From a virus, in the IMG/VR virus record IMGVR_UViG_3300033120_000335, positions 5,024 through 69,023 of that record: a stretch of DNA of 64,000 nucleotides, one strand, 5' to 3'. Positions 30,260-40,031 of this stretch are shown here, one piece after another; position 1 is the first letter of the stretch, and each line of letters opens with the position of its first letter. The notes below the pieces were generated by a model that was not told the origin of the DNA, did not search any database, and worked only from the letters and a program-made list of their open reading frames with translations. A program made the position numbers and the translations under genes.

Positions 30260-31072
30260 CTAAAATGACCCCCCAACCCGAATTGAAGCTTGAGAGATGC
30301 TGCCTGTACTGGTGGCTGTGAACTCGAACCCAAAAGCCACTGACCCACCCGACAGAGACAATCCAGCAAGCCCATACAACAGGTTTGAACCAAGGGCAAA
30401 TGAGGACACCTCCCCAATCTGAGATTCAGTGCACCCCTCTTGAGTCATGCCACATGTCGCTGAAAGATGTGTGTAGGTATCTTGAGCGTGAACACCCAAC
30501 CCGATTGCGAGTGCCGTGGACACCACAGACAAGGAGATAGCCAAGACTGTTACTGGGAATTCACCCCTCAAACTGGCAACCTCCAAATGGTCAGCCTCCT
30601 GAATCTCCTCTGGAGATGCTGTGACCTCAAGATCTGGGATAGCAAGCTCTGGGACCTCTACCTCTGGTTCAGATTCAGGCTCCCGAACCTGAGTTGCTTC
30701 AATCTGAGCAAGACGTGTTTGCAAACTTGAAATCTCAGAACTCACTGTTGCAGACTCAGGAGAGTTTGGGATTTCACGCAAGTACCGTTGGTAAGCGGTA
30801 AGTGAACGCATCAAAAGTGGCTGAGCATCAACGTCTGCCAGAGTTGATGCCGCTCGCTGGTAACAAACACCCACGTTGTAGAGCAACTCAGGAGCAAAGA
30901 TCGCCGCAAAACTCCGCTCAAAATCATGAGCGCAGTCAATCCAACGTCCCTGTTCGAAAGCCAGGTTTCCACTGTTGAAGTTTGTTCGAGCTACAGACAG
31001 AGGGTCTGTTTGAGCTGAAAGTGATGTACTCCAGAAAAGTACGGGGATGAGAATCAAAAAAAATCGGGTCAT
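30260..31072 (-). CDS. Exported TPR-like protein with C-terminal hydrophobic segments (myxobacterial type)
   Basis: Signal peptide (SLSA-Q), ARTNFNSGNLAFEQGRW...FERSF...PELLYNVGVCY...YQRYL, hydrophobic C-terminus. Confidence 0.7.
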   Translation of the reverse strand: MTRFFLILIPVLFWSTSLSAQTDPLSVARTNFNSGNLAFEQGRWIDCAHDFERSFAAIFAPELLYNVGVCYQRAASTLADVDAQPLLMRSLTAYQRYLREIPNSPESATVSSEISSLQTRLAQIEATQVREPESEPEVEVPELAIPDLEVTASPEEIQEADHLEVASLRGEFPVTVLAISLSVVSTALAIGLGVHAQDTYTHLSATCGMTQEGCTESQIGEVSSFALGSNLLYGLAGLSLSGGSVAFGFEFTATSTGSISQASIRVGGSF

Positions 31073-31126
31073 CGGAATCCTCCTAGAAGGATAACGAATG
31101 ACCCGATGTCTTTTTCTGAGGCGAGT

Positions 31127-31393
31127 TCAGGTTGCGTCTGGGGCGTCCGATGCCGAAGCATCTTCAACTGAGCCCGTGTCTTCGACTCCAGAGTCAACTG
31201 AGGCGTCTTCAACTGAACCCGCGTCCTCAACTCCAGAGTCAACTGAGGCGTCTTCAACTGAACCTACGTCAGATGCTTCTGACGTGTCACCCACTGGAGC
31301 ATCCTCTGACCCAGAGTCAGCGGTGATTTCTGGGGTGGTGCACCCAAAACCGAAAAGAGCACAAAGAACAATGATTGGGAAGAGATTTCGCAT
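31127..31393 (-). CDS. Small lipoprotein with acidic DAS/DAG repeats
   Basis: Lipobox FGFG-C; repeats of SVEDASVDSGVED. Confidence 0.7.
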   Translation of the reverse strand: MRNLFPIIVLCALFGFGCTTPEITADSGSEDAPVGDTSEASDVGSVEDASVDSGVEDAGSVEDASVDSGVEDTGSVEDASASDAPDAT

Positions 31394-31446
31394 AGTAAAG
31401 AGACTCCAAGATAGATGGGAAAGTGAACCCTAGGACCTAGGGTTCG

Positions 31447-32256
31447 TCATGTTTCTGAGATCAAGGCTTCTTGAACTGATTCCTGGATTGCACTCGCAAG
31501 GGCTGCTGTTGCGCCCACAGGATCTTGGATGAGCAAACCCTCTATGACACGATCCTCGAAAGTGGCCTTTTCAGCCTCTCTGAACTTTTCAGCCTCTCGG
31601 GCTTCTTTGGCTTTGGCTTTCTCCAAGGAATCCTTGAACTCACTCACACTAGAGACCTTCTGAGGGTTTCTGTTTTCCAAAGAGGACAACAAAGACTCCG
31701 CTGTATAGGCTGGGCCAACCTCAGCCTTTAGAGGCTCACCTGTGGAGGTCCATTTACGACCATCCAAAGGGGCTTCAGTGAAGTCCGAACCAAGGTCAAT
31801 CTGAAGAGAATACACATAGGATCCTCTCTTGCCGCTTCTACGAAGACACTTTGTGCCTCCAAAAGCGTCTGTCTTCTCAGACAACTTGTAGAGAGCCGAC
31901 TGAACAGACTTTTCCTTCGCTGTTGGGGACTCAACAAGAACAAGACGAATCAGTTCGGACTCAGGGACATTGATGATGGATGGGTTGGAGAAGACCTCAA
32001 GCACAACGCCTGTAGCGATGGCTGAAAGGTTGGATTGTCTTGGTCGACTGAGGTCTGCCTCTGGTGCAATGCCAGCTACAGAGAGGATCTTTGAGATAGT
32101 CTCAAGTTGAGCTTTCGTTGCCTCCAGCTCTGTGTTTGAGCTTACGATCAGAGTCTCCAGATCCACCTTCTTCTGAGATAGCTCTGTGTAACCTATCCTG
32201 AGTTCTCTCAAAAAAGAACTCAGGTCGAACTTGGGATCAAGAATTTCCTCGGGCAT
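31447..32256 (-). CDS. Hypothetical protein (coiled coil plus possible winged helix)
   Basis: N-terminal heptads; KSVQSALYKL...LRRSGKRGSYVYSL wing-like segment. Confidence 0.6.
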   Translation of the reverse strand: MPEEILDPKFDLSSFLRELRIGYTELSQKKVDLETLIVSSNTELEATKAQLETISKILSVAGIAPEADLSRPRQSNLSAIATGVVLEVFSNPSIINVPESELIRLVLVESPTAKEKSVQSALYKLSEKTDAFGGTKCLRRSGKRGSYVYSLQIDLGSDFTEAPLDGRKWTSTGEPLKAEVGPAYTAESLLSSLENRNPQKVSSVSEFKDSLEKAKAKEAREAEKFREAEKATFEDRVIEGLLIQDPVGATAALASAIQESVQEALISET

Positions 32257-32274
32257 GAAACCTCCGCCCCACAC

Positions 32275-32601
32275 TTACTCTTTTTGTTGGCGGCGCAGCA
32301 TGCGAAGTTCCTCCAAAAGCTCGTAAAGAACATCCACGGGATCAGATTCAGGTTCAAGCAATCCTTCTGCTGCCATGAAGGCAACAGTTCTCATGCCATC
32401 ATGCTCAAGGTGGAGACCCAGGTTCCGAAAGTATCCGGCCTGTTCAAGAACGTTTTCGAAAGGATGTTCTTGAGGTTGCCACTTGACTAGGGCTTTCACA
32501 TGGCGGTGGTGGAGGTGTACACCTTTGTACTGCACCCCTTCGTCTCGGTCTGGTTGATCACCATCAACCCAACCCAGCTTGGCCCTCTTATTTTCTCCCA
32601 T
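32275..32601 (-). CDS. Hypothetical protein
   Basis: GGAGGT SD before ATG 32601. Confidence 0.6.
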   Translation of the reverse strand: MGENKRAKLGWVDGDQPDRDEGVQYKGVHLHHRHVKALVKWQPQEHPFENVLEQAGYFRNLGLHLEHDGMRTVAFMAAEGLLEPESDPVDVLYELLEELRMLRRQQKE

Positions 32602-33097
32602 AGACACCTCCGAAATTAATTTCGACAGACCTTCCAACAAGTTGTGCCCACAAGGAATGACGTGCAGCACATGCCTCCTCGGAATTTCGATCTGACTCCA
32701 GGAATTCCTTGATGAGCTTCTTGTCCTTTTTGGGGTCGTAACTCCGATCTGGTACATGAAGTGTTTCTGGCCCCCCTCCAATCCAGCCTGAGATGCACAC
32801 CCCACCAGCTGAGATGTAGTTGAGCCTCAATCCGACAAGCTCAAAACGAAGAGCAAGTCTGGATTCCCCCTCCAGACACAAATCGGAGTTGAACCAAGCG
32901 GTTGCGACCCAAGGTCGACCTTCAACAGGTGACACGCTCAGATTCCCACAGCGAATCCAAGCCTTCTTTCGAGACCCCGACTCAGAGAAATCTTCCGTGT
33001 CAACAATGACATGTGCTTCTGGGGACCCCTTCACACATGTGATGGGCCTCAAATCCAAAGTGTTCATGAGCAGTAAGGCGGGTCTGTACTTTTGCAT
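32588..33097 (-). CDS. Hypothetical protein
   Basis: ORF packing. Confidence 0.55.
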   Translation of the reverse strand: MQKYRPALLLMNTLDLRPITCVKGSPEAHVIVDTEDFSESGSRKKAWIRCGNLSVSPVEGRPWVATAWFNSDLCLEGESRLALRFELVGLRLNYISAGGVCISGWIGGGPETLHVPDRSYDPKKDKKLIKEFLESDRNSEEACAARHSLWAQLVGRSVEINFGGVYGRK

Positions 33098-33130
33098 GCT
33101 CTAGTAACGACCCCCCAGACCCCTTTTCCC

Positions 33131-34465
33131 CTATCTCAGCAGAGGGAGTAGAAGCGGGCGTAAATCTGGGTTCTTGTGGGCCAGACGAATGGTTGCAGAC
33201 CTCAAGCCAGACTCTGTGCTGATTCGAGACCCAAGACGAATACTTGGGATAATTCCCTGCAAGAACCCAACAACCTCAGGTAGTACCGTCTTTGGGCCGT
33301 ACCCAACAAGAAGCCCGAGGACTTCGCAGAAGGCCTCTTCAGGGTTCTTCTGTGCATATCCGGTGATTGGCATCCGGCTAACGTAGACAACCGGGTCCTT
33401 GTTCTCAGTGAGGTACTCTTGCACCCCCCTAAGGTTGAACAAGTCTAGGTCCTTGTACCTACGGTCCTCCATCAACCCCTCAAACTGAAGGGCAAGGATT
33501 GGGTCTTGTTCTCGAAGTTTGTCGTCTATGACTGTGGGGTTGTCCCCGTACTTCGCGAGAGCCTTTGCTAGGTCTCTCAAGTCAAGAGGGATCTCCCCAC
33601 CCTTGATGAAAGTAGACCAATCCGTCTTAGCCTCACTGGAGAGAACAGTTCGGTAGATGTGATGCCCCATCTCGTGAGCCATCACGTGGGCGAAGGCACG
33701 GAGATCTTTGGTGGCATGTCCCCACGGACTCAGTGCAATGTGGTTTTGCTCATAGGTTGCAGCAGCATCTCCACCATTGCTGCCCCAGTCCGCATTGATG
33801 ACCAAAGGTAGCTGCTTCGAAAGCAGTAGAGGTAGAACCCTCTTCGCCCGATCTCGATAGAACCGAAGACCTTCTACGAGCTGAGACATAAAATCTCGAC
33901 TCAGGTCCCCGTCCTCAAAGCCATTGAGTTGAATCCGGAAACCTTCAATGGTGATGTTCTGGGTCTCCTTGACCTTCACCTTGATTGCTTCATCGCCCCA
34001 TTGGGTTGCCCATGTAGATGCGTTCTCCAACGCCTTCCAAGCAACAGGGGCCTTCTTCTTCACCCGCTTGTCCCAGGCCTCAACCTCACTCGTGTAGTTT
34101 GTGAAGAGTCTGGACTTTGATTGCCACTCAGCAGTTTCTGGGTCGAAGGTCTGGAGAGGAAACCGCATCAACTCAGTAGACAGCTCCCAAGCTGGTTTCA
34201 AGCCAGCGAGTATCGCTTCGATCTCTTGTTCTGGAACTGGAGTCTTCCCAGGAACATCTCGCTTTCGGCTTTCGATGTCAGAACGAATCTGCTTGAGCCA
34301 GTCACTGAACAGTTCCCGCCAATCGCGAATCCCGTTGCGTAGCTCCTGTGCATCATCGTAGTCCTTCACGCGTTTGACGTTCCCAACCAGGGTTAGGAAG
34401 TCATTGCGGAACTCTTTCACAGTTGCTGGTGACAGAGCAAAGATTCTTGCGTATCGAGATCTCAT
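33131..34465 (-). CDS. Zincin-like metallopeptidase with the tag at its C-terminus
   Basis: AHEMGHH and GYAQKNPEEAFCE; ends LRSATIRLAHKNPDLRPLLLPLLR. Confidence 0.8.
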   Translation of the reverse strand: MRSRYARIFALSPATVKEFRNDFLTLVGNVKRVKDYDDAQELRNGIRDWRELFSDWLKQIRSDIESRKRDVPGKTPVPEQEIEAILAGLKPAWELSTELMRFPLQTFDPETAEWQSKSRLFTNYTSEVEAWDKRVKKKAPVAWKALENASTWATQWGDEAIKVKVKETQNITIEGFRIQLNGFEDGDLSRDFMSQLVEGLRFYRDRAKRVLPLLLSKQLPLVINADWGSNGGDAAATYEQNHIALSPWGHATKDLRAFAHVMAHEMGHHIYRTVLSSEAKTDWSTFIKGGEIPLDLRDLAKALAKYGDNPTVIDDKLREQDPILALQFEGLMEDRRYKDLDLFNLRGVQEYLTENKDPVVYVSRMPITGYAQKNPEEAFCEVLGLLVGYGPKTVLPEVVGFLQGIIPSIRLGSRISTESGLRSATIRLAHKNPDLRPLLLPLLR

Positions 34466-34468
34466 TCT

Positions 34469-35389
34469 CTACCCCATGATTTTCTCGAAACGTTCTTGAA
34501 TTGAAGGGTCCCAAGACCCATGTGCGTCTGCTGTCAACCCAAAATGACCTAGAGCAAACAACTCCGCAAATGCCTCACCGTCTTTTGATGAGTATCGGGT
34601 TGTTGTCCAGTTGTCGAAGTTTGTAGGCAAGGACTTCTTTCGCTCGTATCGATGACCCAATTCGTGCACCAGAATGTAGTCAAGAGAACCATATGTCCCA
34701 GCACTGCGCTTCATGACAGCAGGAGTTGCTCGCACATAGAGTGCATCCTCGGCACTCCTGTAGGTGCCTCCAGCAGTGCCCCGAAAGTCCTTTGGTCCAG
34801 CCAAGACTACTGTGACTCCTCCTGCCAAAGCTCCTGTTCGCCACCCCTTTATGGATTGCCACAGTTTATCCAGGGATTCAGCGTAGGTCTTGAGCTTCTT
34901 AGCGTCAAAACCAATCTTGTTGATGTAGGTGTTTGAGCCAATAACTATTTGAGTCGGCACGTCCCCCTGAGCAAAGAACCGAACTAAATCCTGTTCTTTG
35001 CCCTCAAGTCTGGACCATGAATCCCCGACAGTCTTTTTCATGTGCTCCTTGAACTCTTCTGGAGTGCTCACACCAGTTGACTGCCCCCTCTCATTAGCTC
35101 GGCCCCAAGTTATGGTGCTTTGCAGAGTGCTAAGGAACCACTCAGCATCTTTCTTCAGTTGCTTCTGACCTGATGGCGCACGAGTAGCCACAACTCCAGA
35201 GAAAGTCTCTTGAAACCATTTGAGGAGGTCCTCAACAGCATCGTAGTTGAAGTTAGCCAAGAGACTCTGAACTCGTGACTTCAAAGCAGAACCCTCATCA
35301 GAAGCTTGCTTCAGAAGAGGGAGTAGAAGCGGGCGTAGACTTGGGTTCGAGTACGCCAGACGGATTGTAGAGGACCTCAGATTGGGCAT
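34469..35389 (-). CDS. Zincin-like metallopeptidase with N-terminal tag
   Basis: Begins LRSSTIRLAYSNPSLRPLLLPLLKQAS; VHELGHRY and YSSKDGEAFAELF. Confidence 0.8.
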   Translation of the reverse strand: MPNLRSSTIRLAYSNPSLRPLLLPLLKQASDEGSALKSRVQSLLANFNYDAVEDLLKWFQETFSGVVATRAPSGQKQLKKDAEWFLSTLQSTITWGRANERGQSTGVSTPEEFKEHMKKTVGDSWSRLEGKEQDLVRFFAQGDVPTQIVIGSNTYINKIGFDAKKLKTYAESLDKLWQSIKGWRTGALAGGVTVVLAGPKDFRGTAGGTYRSAEDALYVRATPAVMKRSAGTYGSLDYILVHELGHRYERKKSLPTNFDNWTTTRYSSKDGEAFAELFALGHFGLTADAHGSWDPSIQERFEKIMG

Positions 35390-35402
35390 GGTGCACCTGA
35401 GA

Positions 35403-36482
35403 TCAAGACATGATCTCTTTGAACTTGGAAGCCAAGTCGGGCTTCAATTGACCCATAGCAAAGAACGAAAAACACTCTGCGAAGAACTCCTCCACAGAGA
35501 CCATCGAGTAAATGCTTGGGAACGACTGAGACTTCGCCTGCTCAAGCATCATCTTCCGTACTTCATGAACCTGTACGTGCCCACCAGTCGACAACTCGTA
35601 TCGATACCCATCACTGGATACGATCGTTGGGCTAACCTTCAACCCACGTACTGGAATTGGGAGAGTATCTCCCACGTTGAGAGACTCAACCTTCGGGTAC
35701 TCCCGAGGGTGCTTCAACTGAGTGTACCAAGTTGAGAAGCTCTTCTTTCGCTCTGCGGACAGGAACTTGAACCAGTATCGGTGACCCAGTTCATGAAGAA
35801 GACCCTGAAGGTCATCCTCGCCCTTCTTCGCCAAGATCCTCAGGTACACATCGTCAGAGTCAACAGCATACCAAGCTCTACGATGAGCCCGACTGCTCAG
35901 CTGACCCACGATGTAGAGATCGCCATACGCAACCTTTCGGAAGTCAAAGTCATTCAAGGATTGGTTTGCCATGGCAACCAGACCCTTGATGTCCTTGAAC
36001 TTCTTCTCGTCTGCGCCAATGGTGTTGTGCACGCGAAAAGGACCCACTGCCTCTACCTGAGAGATCCCACCCTCACCACTATCAGTGGACTCTGAGCGTT
36101 CTGGCCACTTTGCTGCACCAACGAGGAACTCAATCTTTGGCTTGTTCTTCTCGTACCACTCTTCGATGTCCTTCGGTCTTCGAACAATCGTGAGCGCCCG
36201 GATAGCCATCTCCACAGCCTTCTCCTTGCCAGCGGGCAAAGAGCGAGTCTGGATGATCCAGTCCTTGTAGGACTGGAAGGCGTTAACCAACTTCACCAGG
36301 GAATTCCAGAGGATAGCCCCGCTGTACTCCTTCCCTCTACGTTCATTGAGAGTGGTCTCAAAGGATGCAAAAGCATTCTGAAACTTGAGGACAATTTCAG
36401 CGGGGTTGGAAAACTCTTTGGAACTCAGAAATCTCTGAGCAAGGCGATATGCGCCTACCACTACGGACGGAGAGGGGTTCAT
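35403..36482 (-). CDS. Zincin-like metallopeptidase
   Basis: LHELGHRYW and YSMVSVEEFFAECF; N-terminal RLAQRFL. Confidence 0.8.
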   Translation of the reverse strand: MNPSPSVVVGAYRLAQRFLSSKEFSNPAEIVLKFQNAFASFETTLNERRGKEYSGAILWNSLVKLVNAFQSYKDWIIQTRSLPAGKEKAVEMAIRALTIVRRPKDIEEWYEKNKPKIEFLVGAAKWPERSESTDSGEGGISQVEAVGPFRVHNTIGADEKKFKDIKGLVAMANQSLNDFDFRKVAYGDLYIVGQLSSRAHRRAWYAVDSDDVYLRILAKKGEDDLQGLLHELGHRYWFKFLSAERKKSFSTWYTQLKHPREYPKVESLNVGDTLPIPVRGLKVSPTIVSSDGYRYELSTGGHVQVHEVRKMMLEQAKSQSFPSIYSMVSVEEFFAECFSFFAMGQLKPDLASKFKEIMS

Positions 36483-36871
36483 TCGAGGCTCTTCTTAGCC
36501 CGAGCCACCGCAGCCTTCACCCACTCCTCAGGAGTCTGGGTCTTGATGGCATTGGTGTCGTAACTCAGTGTGAGAGCGTTTCCAAGGTCATGACTGTCCC
36601 CCACCGTGAAGTAAACAGCTTGCTTCTTGAACCAGAAACGAATGCGGCCATCCCTGGAAGTTGCGTAAGGAACCTTGAGACCCGTCTTCAACTTCCAACC
36701 CTCCGATTGGAGGTACTCCTGGACAGCCTTCTGTGCAGCTTCGTAGGTCTTGCCAGCAGCGCTCTTCAACAAAGGCAGAATGTGGGGGCGAAACTCCGGT
36801 TTGGTATGAGCCAAACGAATCAGAGAAGATCGGAGCCTCTCCTCAGACGACGTGGCCTTACCCCCACTCAC
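36479..36871 (-). CDS. Small tagged protein
   Basis: LRSSLIRLAHTKPEFRPHILPLLKSAA near the N-terminus; GTG start overlaps the previous stop. Confidence 0.75.
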   Translation of the reverse strand: MSGGKATSSEERLRSSLIRLAHTKPEFRPHILPLLKSAAGKTYEAAQKAVQEYLQSEGWKLKTGLKVPYATSRDGRIRFWFKKQAVYFTVGDSHDLGNALTLSYDTNAIKTQTPEEWVKAAVARAKKSLE

Positions 36872-37473
36872 ATTCCACCCCAAGCGCTAAGGTCTCGTGC
36901 TGGACTTCCATCGAAGGGGATCAGACGATCCTTCACCTTCATACGGTCGACACCCCAGCGACGCTTGGCCACCTTGAGTGAATCCTGAATCAAGTCAGAC
37001 ACGATGGATGTAGGGATATCAATTCCGAACTGAGTCTCGATTGCCTTCAGTTCATGTCTCACAGAATCCTGCACAGACTCTGCACGACGAATGGTGGAGA
37101 CAACATCCTGTGCAGTCTTCATGTCCAGTTCTGAGAATCCAGACATGTTCTTTGGGCCGATGGTCCGACCATTTGCCACAGAAGTCCAAATGGGATGGAT
37201 CACAATCCCATTGAGGTCTTTGCGATATGCCTTCCTCTGCCAGAACAATGGAAGGATTGTGAAGGTCCAAAAGTTCGCGCCCATCAACGCAAAGTTCAAC
37301 GCGAGATTGTGAGGAGGCTTCCAGTATCCACCCTTCTTCAAGGACTCAAGCTCCTGCTCAATGAATGCACGGGCATCAGAGTCCTGTGCAGTCTTCAAGA
37401 GAGGAAGCAGTTCTCCTCGGATGGCAGGGTTGGCTTGTGCGAGGTGAATTGCCTTGGACCGGAGAGTAGTCAT
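36868..37473 (-). CDS. Tagged hypothetical protein
   Basis: MTTLRSKAIHLAQANPAIRGELLPLLKTAQ. Confidence 0.75.
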   Translation of the reverse strand: MTTLRSKAIHLAQANPAIRGELLPLLKTAQDSDARAFIEQELESLKKGGYWKPPHNLALNFALMGANFWTFTILPLFWQRKAYRKDLNGIVIHPIWTSVANGRTIGPKNMSGFSELDMKTAQDVVSTIRRAESVQDSVRHELKAIETQFGIDIPTSIVSDLIQDSLKVAKRRWGVDRMKVKDRLIPFDGSPARDLSAWGGM

Positions 37474-37489
37474 ATCTACCTTCATGGAA

Positions 37490-37505
37490 ATAGAGTGGGT
37501 ACCGA
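37490..37505 (-). promoter_or_regulatory. Putative phage late promoter, TCGGT-N7-CTAT
   Basis: Minus strand TCGGT ACCCACT CTAT heading the tagged-protein/metallopeptidase operon. Confidence 0.65.
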
Positions 37506-37613
37506 GCGCACCTACCTGACGCTATAACGAACATCACCAGGTCTTTTATCCAACCAAAACAAAACCCACGCTGCGTTTCCGTAGCGTGGGTCAGACTCAT
37601 CCAAAGGATGGTG

Positions 37614-38087
37614 CTAGTTGATGTGGAACTTCTTGGGACCAGTGGGTTTGGGCTCAACCTCAGAACTCTCAACCACAGGATCAAGGAGTTTGGCCAGAGT
37701 AACCAGGGCTTGAAAGTAGCTGTCGCTACAACTGGAGATACCTCCTAGTTTGAGCGTGTACCTTCGTGTCGTTTCTGTTTGTGGGTGCTCGGAGATCTCC
37801 AGAGACTTTTGACTCTGAGCAATGGCTTGAGGGAGAATCGCTACATGGAGGTCCCCATCAGCACGGAATCCAATCTCCACAGACCAGAAATCATCAGAAG
37901 GAATGTCAAGATCAAACTCAACATTCACCCCAAAAAGGATGTCCCTGATGTCCTTCTTCAGAAGATCAAAGTCAGGGTCACCCACAACCTCTTGAGTCAT
38001 GGTTTCTGCAATGTATGAGTGAATCGACCTGTAGCGGATATCCAACTCCTCCGCCCACTCAAGTTCCTCTTCGTACGTCAAAGTCAT
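37614..38087 (-). CDS. Hypothetical acidic protein
   Basis: ATGA overlap with the upstream gene. Confidence 0.6.
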   Translation of the reverse strand: MTLTYEEELEWAEELDIRYRSIHSYIAETMTQEVVGDPDFDLLKKDIRDILFGVNVEFDLDIPSDDFWSVEIGFRADGDLHVAILPQAIAQSQKSLEISEHPQTETTRRYTLKLGGISSCSDSYFQALVTLAKLLDPVVESSEVEPKPTGPKKFHIN

Positions 38088-38347
38088 GACTTTGAGTTCT
38101 TACGTTCCTTCGCCTTCTTCTTTGGTGAGGGTGCCTCCTCAACAGCCTCTGGGGCATGAACCTCTGCTGGAGCGGATGCCGCCTGAATTCCCTTCAGACG
38201 AAGACGCTGACGAGCAGCACCTACGCCCTTCCCCAGTCGAAGGTCCAAGGCCTTCAACTGCTCCTTGGTTGTGAGACTAGCCCAAGCTTCTTGACGGGAC
38301 AAAGCTTCTGGCTTGCGTTCAACTCGACGATGACTTGTAGACTTCAT
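38084..38347 (-). CDS. Small basic hypothetical protein
   Basis: AGGAG SD; Lys/Arg-rich. Confidence 0.65.
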   Translation of the reverse strand: MKSTSHRRVERKPEALSRQEAWASLTTKEQLKALDLRLGKGVGAARQRLRLKGIQAASAPAEVHAPEAVEEAPSPKKKAKERKNSKS

Positions 38348-38387
38348 GGTTCTCCTTACTCCTTACACTCTGATTTACCAACCAACA

Positions 38388-39377
38388 TCACAGCGAGTTC
38401 ACCCCTTCGTAGGGGTCTCCTGTGTCCGTGAAAATGATCCCCTTCAAAGTGACACGCACAGGGCGAATCCTGTACCTGTCTCGGCTTCTGGGTCCACGGT
38501 CCTGCTCTTTGTACTCTGAGTCCACCCTATCCCAGAGATCAAAGATCTCCTCGATGAGAGCCTCCGACTCAAAGATGGCGTAGCCATTACGGCTTCGTTC
38601 ACAAATTGCATTTGGGCCCTTCTCTGTCTCTACAACAGCAAAGGCGTCCACGGGCCCATAGTACAGATCCTCAACATGCTCCCAGAGTGTCTTCATTGCG
38701 GGGATGAACCTCGCCAGAATAAGAGAACGGTCAATCTTCTCTTGGACTCCGGGTGGCTTTGGATTCCCCTGCTCATCCCTTTCCGAGAAGATGTGACCCC
38801 AGTTCAGAACTCGACAAGCTCTCTCGACAATCTTGATTGTCTTCTCGGTTGGCAACAGATGGTCTCCGGCCGCAGCTAGCTTCTCTGGCTCGTACGAATT
38901 TCGTGTGAGGTGCCAGAGTGCAGCGAGGATGTCCCATGGGTTCCTCTGACTACCAAAAATCATCCCATCCTCAATCTTCCCAAGGAGGTCTGGCATGACG
39001 TGGAATGGGGAATGTTCCTTCCCATCATGTTCGACTTGCTGGTCAGCGAGGTGTGAGAGGTCTCGGATCTTCACCCATCCGCCCTCCCTGAACCAATAGC
39101 AGACTTGATCTTGCATCGACGAGCTAGAACCACAGCACCCACCGATGTAATACAGACCTTCCCTCATGGCGATCTGCATCCACTCCTCAGGGGTGAAAGG
39201 GATCTTGATGCTCTCAAAAATTGGTAGGTTGTAGGACTCCCGGTCAAGTCCTGGGGTCCCCCGGTACTCATATGCGGTTGTGTACTCGATCCCAAGTTCC
39301 TCAAAGATCGCTTGTGCGGTTTCGAAATTCACCATCTCAAGTTCCTCTTTGGGTAGGAAATTTTCGAACTTCAACAT
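38388..39377 (-). CDS. Hypothetical protein
   Basis: 329-aa ORF in operon. Confidence 0.65.
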   Translation of the reverse strand: MLKFENFLPKEELEMVNFETAQAIFEELGIEYTTAYEYRGTPGLDRESYNLPIFESIKIPFTPEEWMQIAMREGLYYIGGCCGSSSSMQDQVCYWFREGGWVKIRDLSHLADQQVEHDGKEHSPFHVMPDLLGKIEDGMIFGSQRNPWDILAALWHLTRNSYEPEKLAAAGDHLLPTEKTIKIVERACRVLNWGHIFSERDEQGNPKPPGVQEKIDRSLILARFIPAMKTLWEHVEDLYYGPVDAFAVVETEKGPNAICERSRNGYAIFESEALIEEIFDLWDRVDSEYKEQDRGPRSRDRYRIRPVRVTLKGIIFTDTGDPYEGVNSL

Positions 39378-39739
39378 CTCAGTTCCTCTTTGGGTACATG
39401 CTCACCTTCATCATCGCACCATATGAGGTCTTGGAGACGTTGGAAGGCGATGGGATTTGTAGCCTCGTGTTCCGTACTCTCCAACGCGTACCCCGCACCC
39501 TCCAGCAATTCTGTGAAGGTCCAGGAGCAATGGATGGCATCCATGTTCTTGGCCACCTCAGCGCACTTGGAGCACCGTGTGTAAGTTTGGAAGTCGGACC
39601 CCCACTTTCCAGCATACCTGAAGTACGTATCCCCGATGTTGATCTGAGTAGGACACTCACAACAACGGTGAATCTTGCGAGCCCGGTATGTCTTTGTTGA
39701 GAAGAAGGAGGGCGCGTACCCATCGTAGGTGGAGCACAT
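39371..39739 (-). CDS. Hypothetical zinc-binding phage protein
   Basis: ARKIHRCCEC...IGDTY...CSKC. Confidence 0.65.
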   Translation of the reverse strand: MCSTYDGYAPSFFSTKTYRARKIHRCCECPTQINIGDTYFRYAGKWGSDFQTYTRCSKCAEVAKNMDAIHCSWTFTELLEGAGYALESTEHEATNPIAFQRLQDLIWCDDEGEHVPKEELRC

Positions 39740-39740
39740 T

Positions 39741-40031
39741 TTACGTCCCCTTAGCAGTTAGGATTCCGTAGACTGTCCTAGTCCAACCATTGGTGAGGCC
39801 CTTGTTGGACCCAATGAGAAATCCAGAAGGGCCCAAAGCAAGTACCTTGTGTAGAAGGACCCGACCCCTAACCTTGCAGAGAAGAATCGAACCAACTTCA
39901 ATCTTAGTGTCCTCAGCGATTGGAGACACAGTTACCTCCTGACCATTCTTGACCAAGGGATCCATTGAGTTGCCTCGGGGACGAAAGATAACCTCTTCCC
40001 CATCCAGGAGTTTATCTGCAACCCACTTCAT
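39741..40031 (-). CDS. S24/S26-like peptidase domain protein
   Basis: RPRGNSMDPLVKNG (Ser) and LLHKV (Lys); ATGA overlap start. Confidence 0.7.
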   Translation of the reverse strand: MKWVADKLLDGEEVIFRPRGNSMDPLVKNGQEVTVSPIAEDTKIEVGSILLCKVRGRVLLHKVLALGPSGFLIGSNKGLTNGWTRTVYGILTAKGT

